From assembly GCA_038208905.1 (NCBI GenBank), contig JBBQYG010000113.1, forward strand, positions 1 through 13,194: DNA of 13,194 nucleotides, given 5' to 3'. Within the stretch, counting starts at the first letter, position 1. Each line of letters starts with the position of its first letter. Both the position numbers and the translations under genes were made by a program. The DNA comes from Candidatus Sumerlaeia bacterium (GTDB taxonomy: Bacteria; Sumerlaeota; Sumerlaeia; SLMS01). Positions 1-6,360 of the stretch are shown here, one piece after another. A model generated the notes under the pieces. It had not been told where the DNA came from, did not search any database, and saw only the letters and a program-made list of their open reading frames with translations.

Positions 1-1
1 G

Positions 2-2206
2 ACCCCGGTGATCACGGCAACGGCCACGCCGACGGCAACCACCGTGCCCCCGACAGCGACAGCAACGGCGACCAGCACACCGATCGCCACGCTTACGCCG
101 ACGGCCACTCCGATCCCGCCGACGGCAACCGCGACGGCCACTACTGTGCCGCCGACGGCAACCGCGACGGCCACGCCGATCATCACGGCCACGCCGACGG
201 CAACGCCGGATAACCGCGCTGTCATTCGCGCGACGATCCTAAGCGGACCAACAGACGTCCCCGACACCGAATTCGTCGTGCGCGTCGCGGTCCCGTCGAA
301 CAACACCGGAATCAACGTCCGCAACTTCGGCGTCCGCGTGACCTACCCGATCGACGCAGTCAGCTATGTCTCCGTCGCTCCGGGCACGCTCAACTCCGTT
401 GGCGATGGCACTGGCGAAGGCAACGCAGGCGGCAACCTCCGCTTCCATGACTTCTCCACGTTCAACGTCACCGGCGAGCAGCAGCTCCCCGTGCTGATGG
501 ACATCACCTTCCGCACGGTCGATCCAGGCACCTTCACCGTTCCGTTCGACATCATCCTGTCGTGGGATTCGTCGATCTCCGACTTCCCGCTATTCCGCGA
601 CTCGGCGACGGAAGTTCCGTCACGTTTCGAGAGCTTGTTTGGCCTGGGCCTGGCGCCGACGCCGACTCCGTCTCCGACGGTGTCTGCAACGCCGACGATC
701 TCAGCCACTCCGACCATCTCCGCCACGCCGACAACGGTCACGGCGACACTCACCGCGACTCCGACGGCGACCGTCTCGCTCACGCAGACGCCTACCCCGA
801 CGATCTCCATCACGCCGTCCGCAACAGCGCCGCCGACGACAACCACGTTGACGGCCACGCCAACGGCGACGGTGTCGTCCACACCGACCATCTCGGCAAC
901 TCCGACGATCTCTGCGACGCCGACCATCTCGGCCACGCCGACCATATCGGCCACTCCGACGATATCGGCAACGCCGACAGTGTCAGCGACGGCAACGACA
1001 GCAGTCTCGCCGACCGCGACGACAGCAGTCTCGCCGACGGCAACGACAGCAGTCTCGCCGACGGCCTCCGTTTCCCCGACGCCGACGTTGGCGCCGAGCA
1101 CGGTGGAGTTCACATTCGATACGGCTCAGGAAGGCTGGGAGTACTTCAACTTCGCACCGTTCGCGGTTGTCGAAGGCGAGTACAACGGCACATCCCAGTC
1201 GCTCGATGTGACAACGACGGAGAACACCAACTCCTTCGGCTTCTGGGAGTCCCCGCAGTTTATCGTGGGCGACACCGCTGTTGCGCCGAAGGACCTGCCG
1301 AGCGGCGCGGTTTACATCCGCGGCACCACGGGACCGGGCTCGCTGTATCGCTCGACCTTCTCGGTGCGCTCGAGCATCGCCGACCGTGCGCTTCAGCCCA
1401 CGTTCCGCGTCCGCTCCAGCTCGTTCAACTTCCAGCAGTCCGACGTCCTGGTTTCCACCTCTACGGGCGCGGGCGGCTTCTCGCCCACGACGGTCACCAG
1501 CAACTACATCCAGTACTTCAGCCAGCCGGAAGGCCAGAACAGCTTCCGTCTCGACTATGACGTGCTGAACTTCGATCCCGCCGATGCGGCCTCTGCCACG
1601 CTGTCTCTGGACAACGTGATCGTGGAATTCATCGGAACGGCAAACCTGAGCTCTGGCACCGACGTCGCCTCATTCGACTTCGTCGCCAACGGCTCGTCTG
1701 GCTGGACGGCGCGTACCGCCGCCCCGGCGCTCACCGCACCCGACCTGTTCACGGCCACCAACGGCCTGTTCATCGCCGGTTCCGCGACTCCGCCCGCCAC
1801 CATCCCGGGTACCCAGTTCGGATTCTGGGGAACCGAGACGTCGGTCACCTTCGAGGCCAACGCACTCTACCGCGTGCGCTGGATCGTTGGCAGCAACGCC
1901 ACTGCGGGCAACCGCGCGGCCCTGCCCACGTTCCGCCTCCGTGTGAACGACAGCTCGTTCAACTACGCGGCGCTGACCAACATCGACTCCGTCAATGCGG
2001 CAGCACGCGTGCCGTTCGATGGATCCCTTGAAGTCTACGACCTGTGGGTGCAGTCGCCCACCGCGATCGTCGGCAACTCGTGGATATTCTCGTTCGACTA
2101 CCTGTTTGTCGACAAGACCGGCGGAGCCGACGTCGATGACTCGACGCTTGGCGCCATCCTCAACTCGGTGCAGGTCACGCGCTACGCGGTGCCTGGCTCG
2201 AACTAA
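2..2206 (+). CDS. Large Thr/Pro-rich surface (S-layer-like) protein, 5'-partial: Thr/Pro linker, cohesin-like beta-sandwich (~209-640), Thr/Pro/Ser linker (~650-1095), duplicated C-terminal module (~1100-2200)
   Basis: The frame is open from base 2 (ACC CCG GTG...), so the GTG at 8 is probably internal and the true start lies upstream of the window. Ends TAA at 2204-2206, followed by two strong hairpins. Strong C/G third-position bias. The segment FVVRVAVP...NFGVRVTYP...VSYVSVAPG...LMDITFRT follows the cohesin-type strand pattern. The C-terminal ~365 aa align by eye with the C-terminus of 2884..4650. Confidence 0.85.
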   Translation, partial: TPVITATATPTATTVPPTATATATSTPIATLTPTATPIPPTATATATTVPPTATATATPIITATPTATPDNRAVIRATILSGPTDVPDTEFVVRVAVPSNNTGINVRNFGVRVTYPIDAVSYVSVAPGTLNSVGDGTGEGNAGGNLRFHDFSTFNVTGEQQLPVLMDITFRTVDPGTFTVPFDIILSWDSSISDFPLFRDSATEVPSRFESLFGLGLAPTPTPSPTVSATPTISATPTISATPTTVTATLTATPTATVSLTQTPTPTISITPSATAPPTTTTLTATPTATVSSTPTISATPTISATPTISATPTISATPTISATPTVSATATTAVSPTATTAVSPTATTAVSPTASVSPTPTLAPSTVEFTFDTAQEGWEYFNFAPFAVVEGEYNGTSQSLDVTTTENTNSFGFWESPQFIVGDTAVAPKDLPSGAVYIRGTTGPGSLYRSTFSVRSSIADRALQPTFRVRSSSFNFQQSDVLVSTSTGAGGFSPTTVTSNYIQYFSQPEGQNSFRLDYDVLNFDPADAASATLSLDNVIVEFIGTANLSSGTDVASFDFVANGSSGWTARTAAPALTAPDLFTATNGLFIAGSATPPATIPGTQFGFWGTETSVTFEANALYRVRWIVGSNATAGNRAALPTFRLRVNDSSFNYAALTNIDSVNAAARVPFDGSLEVYDLWVQSPTAIVGNSWIFSFDYLFVDKTGGADVDDSTLGAILNSVQVTRYAVPGSN
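116..174 (+). repeat. Two identical 26-bp copies (CCGCCGACGGCAACCGCGACGGCCAC) encoding PPTATATAT in the N-terminal linker
   Basis: Copies at 116-141 and 149-174. Confidence 0.85.
881..988 (+). repeat. Six 18-bp coding tandem repeats (TPTISA x5, TPTVSA x1)
   Basis: Units start at 881, 899, 917, 935, 953 and 971; they differ mostly at synonymous third positions. Confidence 0.9.
989..1060 (+). repeat. Three 24-bp coding tandem repeats (TATTAVSP)
   Basis: ACGGCAACGACAGCAGTCTCGCCG at 989 and 1037 (identical); the copy at 1013 differs at two synonymous positions. Confidence 0.92.
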
Positions 2207-2214
2207 TCACCAAA

Positions 2215-2239
2215 GCGGGGGCCCCACCGGGGCCCCCGC
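2215..2239. terminator. GC-rich hairpin just after the surface-protein stop (terminator or 3' stabilising stem)
   Basis: GCGGGGGCCCC (2215-2225) / ACC loop / GGGGCCCCCGC (2229-2239), a perfect 11-bp stem. AAA upstream gives a short U tail on the minus strand. Confidence 0.65.
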
Positions 2240-2257
2240 CAAAGTAACCCCATACTG

Positions 2258-2301
2258 CGATCCCCCCGGCACTCATCATGCCGGGGGGATCGTTTGCTTT
2301 C
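2258..2301 (+). terminator. Rho-independent terminator of the surface-protein gene
   Basis: CGATCCCCCCGGCA (2258-2271) / 7-nt loop / TGCCGGGGGGATCG (2279-2292), a 14-bp stem followed by TTTGCTTTC. Confidence 0.85.
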
Positions 2302-2329
2302 TGCAAGCTGCTACCCTGCTGATTGAGGC

Positions 2330-2689
2330 CTATTGGCCAAGAACGCTCTTAACCTTGAGGTCGGCCAACTGGCGCTCGGTGTCCTGCTGTCGTGTTTCAA
2401 TGTCCGCCATTTGTCGCTGGAGTTCGTCGCGCTGCCTTTCCGCATTCTCGGCACGTGTCGTCGCTGCCTTGGCGAGGTTCTTCAGACTGTCGGACGAGAG
2501 GTCTTGGGAAGACCTGTCCGCGACCAGCTTGCTCTCGAAGGGAAGCGGGAGCGGGAAGTAGGATCGGCATAGGTATCCACCCGCGAGGCCGAGCGAAATG
2601 AGACCACCCACGCCTGCGGCCTTCTTGAGTCCGCCCACGAAGCCACCACCGGCGGTGCCCTTCCTTCTTGCTGGTGCGCGACCTGCCAA
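2330..2689 (-). CDS. Small hypothetical membrane-anchored coiled-coil protein (~119 aa)
   Basis: 3' part of ORF 2330..2848. Proposed TTG start at 2689 preceded by AGGAAG at ~8 nt. Basic/Gly-rich N-terminus (MAGRAPARRKG...), a hydrophobic segment (AAGVGGLISLGLAGGYLC), then heptad-like LKNLAKAATTRAENAERQRDELQRQMADIETRQQDTERQLADLKVK. It fills the gap between two genes without overlap. Confidence 0.7.
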   Translation of the reverse strand: MAGRAPARRKGTAGGGFVGGLKKAAGVGGLISLGLAGGYLCRSYFPLPLPFESKLVADRSSQDLSSDSLKNLAKAATTRAENAERQRDELQRQMADIETRQQDTERQLADLKVKSVLGQ

Positions 2690-2883
2690 GGGATTCACTT
2701 CCTGCCGAGAGATATCACAGCTTGCTTCCCCCCAAGCGGCACTCTGTTGCCCCGACACTGTCAATTTCAACCTGTTGCCACGCGGGGACGCTCGTTTGCG
2801 GCAATGGCATTGCCTACTGGCGCGCAGTTGCGGCGATACTCCCCGCATAGCGCGCCGGAACCCCCACTCAGGAGCATCAGGCT

Positions 2884-4650
2884 ATGAACAGATCGTCGAT
2901 CAATTCGCGGGCCCTTGGGATTCTCTCATTGTTCCTCGGCGCCACTGCGGGCATCGCTCCGGCCGCCGACCGCGCCGTGGCCAATGTGCGCGTGTTGCAC
3001 CTGTGCCCTGATTCGGGGCGCGTGGACGTCTTCGTGAATGGCTCCGCGACGCCATTCGTCTCCAGCTTGGCCTTTCCACACGGAACGACTTTCGTGGAGG
3101 GACCGACGGGATCCTACAGCTTCGACATCGCCCGCGCGGGGGCGGGGATAGAAAACTCCGAACTTTCGGTTCCACCGACTCCGCTCGAGGGCGACGGCTT
3201 TTACACCGGAGTTGCGTTTGATCGCTTCGCTTCGATCAAGGGGATGATCTTGCAGGAGGACTTCACCGCGCCGCCCACCGGCGACTTTCGCACGCGGGTC
3301 TTCCACGCGGCCTCGGGCGTTGGTCCCGTTGATCTTCTCGCGCTCGATTCGGCGGGGAACACCATTCTGCTGAACGACGTATCGTTCGGCGCCCAGGGCA
3401 CGTTGACCCTCGTCGGCGGCAGCTATCGCGTGGGCCTCGACCTGAACAACAACCTGGAGCCAGAGTTGACGTTCGTGCTGCCCGTCATCGCTCCGGGTAC
3501 CGTGCTGAACCTTTTCGCCGTGGCCGATTCATTCGGGGCATTCCTACTGGCCCAGTTCCAGGATGGCACCACGCTGCGAATCAATCCCGAGGAGGCGGAT
3601 GTGCGATTCGCCTTCGACTTTGGCCTTGGTGTCGGCCAAGAGGGCTGGTCCTTCCTGACACCGCCACCCTTCGCCGGGAGCGCTGCGGTCGCGACCGCCG
3701 GAGGGATCACCATCCAGACGTCCAACAACACGAACTCCTTCGGCTTCTTCGACTCGCCGCTCCTGGAGTTGGAGAGCGGCGACTTTGGCACCTTCGAGGC
3801 TGAGGTCGTCGTGAGCACCGATATCGCAAATGCCGGCCTCGTACCCCAGATTCGCATTCGCGCCAGCGATGTGGACTACGCGCGGAGCACTGTGTTCGTG
3901 GTCTCGTCACAAGGGAATGCAAACCTCGCCCCGACCCCGGCCGGTCGGGCCTATCGCATTCCGTTCTCGCTATTGGCCGGTCGGGAGAGCGCTCGTCTCA
4001 GCTTTGACGTCCTCAACTTCGATGGTGATGCCGCGAATGCGAGGCTGACGCTCGAGCAGATCACGATTCGTAAGCTCTTTGGCGGGCTTGGCGTCGTTTC
4101 GCCGTCGGGCTTCGAGGTTGCTAATCTGGACTTCAGCGGTGGAGAGGCGAACGGTTTCACCGCGAGGACGGCGGCTCCGCTTCGCGCTCCCACGTTTCAG
4201 GCGACCGACGCCGGCCTGTGGATCGTGGGCGAGGCACCGGGGCAGTTCCGCTCTGGTGGGAGTGGCAACGACATCTTCGGCTTCTGGGGTCTCGAGACAA
4301 ACATCCCGTTGGCCGCCGGTCGCCTCTATCGAATCGCGGCCACCTTTGCCAGCGACTCGACGACCGACCAATCCAACCTGACCATCCCCGCCTACCGTTT
4401 CCGCGTGAACGATAGCTCGCTTCAGTCCTCCGTTTATCTAAACGCGGAATCCACGACCGATGCCCTGCCGTCCCCGACGACTACCGCAACCGTCACCCAG
4501 GCGCTCTGGTACCGCACGCCGCCGGGAATCGAGGGGAACACGTGGACGTTCAGCTTCGATTATCTCTATGCCCCCTCAACCGACAACGATGCTTCGATCG
4601 GCGTCTATCTTCAGGGGTTCACGGTTACGGAGTTCCCCGAGTTCGACTAG
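2884..4650 (+). CDS. Exported protein with two DUF4397-like repeats (~2980-3590) and the duplicated C-terminal module (~3600-4647)
   Basis: AGGAG upstream of the ATG; signal-peptide-like MNRSSINSRALGILSLFLGATAGIAPA. VRVLHLCPDSGRVDVFVNG and RTRVFHAASGVGPVDL resemble the DUF4397 'VRVxHxxPdapaVDvyvng' pattern. The C-terminus is homologous to that of the first CDS. Confidence 0.85.
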   Translation: MNRSSINSRALGILSLFLGATAGIAPAADRAVANVRVLHLCPDSGRVDVFVNGSATPFVSSLAFPHGTTFVEGPTGSYSFDIARAGAGIENSELSVPPTPLEGDGFYTGVAFDRFASIKGMILQEDFTAPPTGDFRTRVFHAASGVGPVDLLALDSAGNTILLNDVSFGAQGTLTLVGGSYRVGLDLNNNLEPELTFVLPVIAPGTVLNLFAVADSFGAFLLAQFQDGTTLRINPEEADVRFAFDFGLGVGQEGWSFLTPPPFAGSAAVATAGGITIQTSNNTNSFGFFDSPLLELESGDFGTFEAEVVVSTDIANAGLVPQIRIRASDVDYARSTVFVVSSQGNANLAPTPAGRAYRIPFSLLAGRESARLSFDVLNFDGDAANARLTLEQITIRKLFGGLGVVSPSGFEVANLDFSGGEANGFTARTAAPLRAPTFQATDAGLWIVGEAPGQFRSGGSGNDIFGFWGLETNIPLAAGRLYRIAATFASDSTTDQSNLTIPAYRFRVNDSSLQSSVYLNAESTTDALPSPTTTATVTQALWYRTPPGIEGNTWTFSFDYLYAPSTDNDASIGVYLQGFTVTEFPEFD

Positions 4651-4812
4651 GCTGTGTTTGATAAATGGCTTCGAGCTGGTCCGTTGAGCGAGAACGAGTC
4701 ATGACGATGGCGCCGATGACGAGGCGATGTAGTTCATCGTTGAGGATTCGCGACGCGTCAGCACGAAGGTTCGCAGCCATCGGAGAGCCGAATGCAATTG
4801 TCAAACTCAGCC
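4650..4812. mobile_element. 163-bp MITE-like non-autonomous element with ~17-bp terminal inverted repeats and TA target duplication
   Basis: Left end GGCTGTGTTTGATAAAT (4650-4666). Right end AATTGTCAAACTCAGCC (4796-4812), reverse complement GGCTGAGTTTGACAATT, 14/17 identical to the left end. TA at 4648-4649 and at 4813-4814. No transposase inside. Confidence 0.75.
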
Positions 4813-4827
4813 TAACTCCCTGCCGAC

Positions 4828-4867
4828 AAAAGGGACGCCCCATCGGATAGCTTGCCGATGGGGCGTC
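4828..4867 (-). terminator. Rho-independent (probably bidirectional) terminator between the convergent DUF4397-like gene and the PII gene
   Basis: GACGCCCCATCGG (4834-4846) / 8-nt loop / CCGATGGGGCGTC (4855-4867), a 13-bp stem. On the minus strand it is followed by CCTTTTG. Confidence 0.8.
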
Positions 4868-4941
4868 GTTACATAACGGGGTTCGCCCGATTCTAGGCAT
4901 TCTCAACGGTGGGGAACGCCCGGAATGAGTCCGGCCGCGAC

Positions 4942-5280
4942 TCAGAGCGCCTCTTCGTCGCGCTCGCCCGTGCGAATGCGGACGGCGCTGCCCACGTCGA
5001 GGACGAAGACCTTGCCGTCGCCGATGGTGCCGGTCTGGGCGCTCTCGACGATGGCCTTCACCACGTCGGCGACCTGCTCGTCGGGGACGACGATCTCCAG
5101 GCGGACCTTGGGCATAAAGTTCACCTGATACTCGCTGCCGCGATAGAGTTCCTGGTGCCCCTTCTGGCGTCCGAACCCGCGGACTTCCCAGGCGGTGAGG
5201 CCCATGATGCCGAGCGCGGCGAGCGCGGCGCGGACGTCTTCGATCTTGTGTGGCTTGATGACGGCTTCGATTTTCTTCAT
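4942..5280 (-). CDS. glnB: Nitrogen regulatory protein P-II (GlnB/GlnK family), 112 aa
   Basis: 3' part of ORF 4942..6210: MKKIEAVIKPHKIEDV...GFGRQKG...YRGSEY...PKV...TGTIGDGKVFV...VRIRTGE. Canonical 112-aa length, T-loop Tyr51 retained, AGGGAG upstream of the ATG at 5280. glnB and glnK cannot be told apart from sequence alone. Confidence 0.96.
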   Translation of the reverse strand: MKKIEAVIKPHKIEDVRAALAALGIMGLTAWEVRGFGRQKGHQELYRGSEYQVNFMPKVRLEIVVPDEQVADVVKAIVESAQTGTIGDGKVFVLDVGSAVRIRTGERDEEAL

Positions 5281-5547
5281 GGGCCTGACAGGCTCCCTTC
5301 GGGGGATGTCTTCCAGATGGCGCGATTGAGGAGAAATCGTCGGAGTGGCTGGCGCAACGCAAGCTTGAATTGCCCGACGGATTCTTCGGCGGAGCATTCC
5401 GACGCTCCAAAAATTCAACTGCTTTATACAGACAGGCGGCGGACCTCGCCAGCGAGTGGTCGGCATCGGTGATTGACGACTCCCCGGCGTCGCCCGTTGG
5501 CTTAAGCCGTCAGCCCATTGCCCAGACCTCCAAGGTTCCACCCACGC

Positions 5548-6360
5548 ATGTACGTGCGCCAGCGCATCCCCGTCCGCCCGTCGATTCGCGTGGATCGCGA
5601 ATTCGGGCTCCAGTGCGGAGGGGTTGTGGTGGCGGGTGTGGACGAGGCGGGGCGCGGCCCCCTTGCGGGACCGGTTGTCGCGGCGGCGGTGGTACTTTCG
5701 CTGGATGGGCGCCGCCCCCTGGGGCTTCGCGATTCCAAGCAGCTCAACGCCAAGGAGCGCGAACGCGCCTTCAGGCAGATCGTCCGCTTGGCCGTCGGCT
5801 ACGGAATCGGAGTATCGACGGCGCAGGAGATCGACCTGGTGAACATTCTGGAGGCGACACGACTGGCGGCCTCCCGGGCCCTTGCCCAGATCAGTCCGCC
5901 GCCGGGGGCGCTGGTGACGGACGCGCTGGATCTTCCCCGCGAGGCGGTGCCCCAGCTCCCTCTTGTGAAGGGCGATCAGATTTCCGCGAGCATCGCAGCC
6001 GCATCGATCCTCGCCAAGGTCACGCGCGACCGCATGATGCAGGCCTATGCGGAGGAGTTCCCGGAATACAACTGGGCCTCCAACAAGGGCTATCCCACGG
6101 AAGACCACTACGCGGCCATCGGCGAGCACGGGCCGTGTACGCTGCACCGGCTCTCGTTTCGCGGAGTTGACTTCTTCCACGCGGAGCCGCGTCGTTCGCC
6201 CTCCTTCCACCGGCTTTGCGCACGCATCGAATCGGGTTGTCCCCGGGAGGAGGCGCGGCTTGAAGTCGAGCCCTTCGCGGCCCGGTTGCCGCCGCCAGAC
6301 TACCAGGAGCTGATGCGCCTCCTCTCACTATCCCAACCCCGAGGTCAGGACACCCCATGA
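5548..6360 (+). CDS. rnhB: Ribonuclease HII with a C-terminal extension
   Basis: Motifs AGVDEAGRGPLAGPVVAAAV, LRDSKQL, EIDLVNILEAT, VKGD..SASIAAASILAKVTRDRMM, NKGYPT..H and HRLSF. The ATG at 5548 is preferred over the TTG at 5518, but the start is uncertain. Confidence 0.95.
   Translation: MYVRQRIPVRPSIRVDREFGLQCGGVVVAGVDEAGRGPLAGPVVAAAVVLSLDGRRPLGLRDSKQLNAKERERAFRQIVRLAVGYGIGVSTAQEIDLVNILEATRLAASRALAQISPPPGALVTDALDLPREAVPQLPLVKGDQISASIAAASILAKVTRDRMMQAYAEEFPEYNWASNKGYPTEDHYAAIGEHGPCTLHRLSFRGVDFFHAEPRRSPSFHRLCARIESGCPREEARLEVEPFAARLPPPDYQELMRLLSLSQPRGQDTP

Noticed and set aside
881..1060. Tandem repeats as a possible CRISPR array
   Set aside because: Units are contiguous, multiples of 3, in frame within a CDS, with no unique spacers and no cas genes.
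364..1113. 249-aa antisense ORF rich in V/G/A repeats, plus alternative-frame ORF 562..1560
   Set aside because: Shadows of the Thr/Pro repeat coding strand; low-complexity GC-rich codons avoid stops in other frames.
4665..4850. 61-aa ORF in the intergenic region after the DUF4397-like gene
   Set aside because: It starts inside the MITE-like element, ends in the terminator loop, has no SD and does not resemble a transposase.
5355..5376. Possible sigma54 promoter upstream of the PII gene (minus strand GGGCAATTCAAGCTTGC)
   Set aside because: GG-to-GC spacing is 12 nt rather than the required 10, and the -24 element is poor.
5281..6210. Apparent 310-aa N-terminal extension of PII (ORF 4942..6210)
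   Set aside because: It lies antisense to rnhB; PII has its own SD and canonical 112-aa length from ATG 5280.
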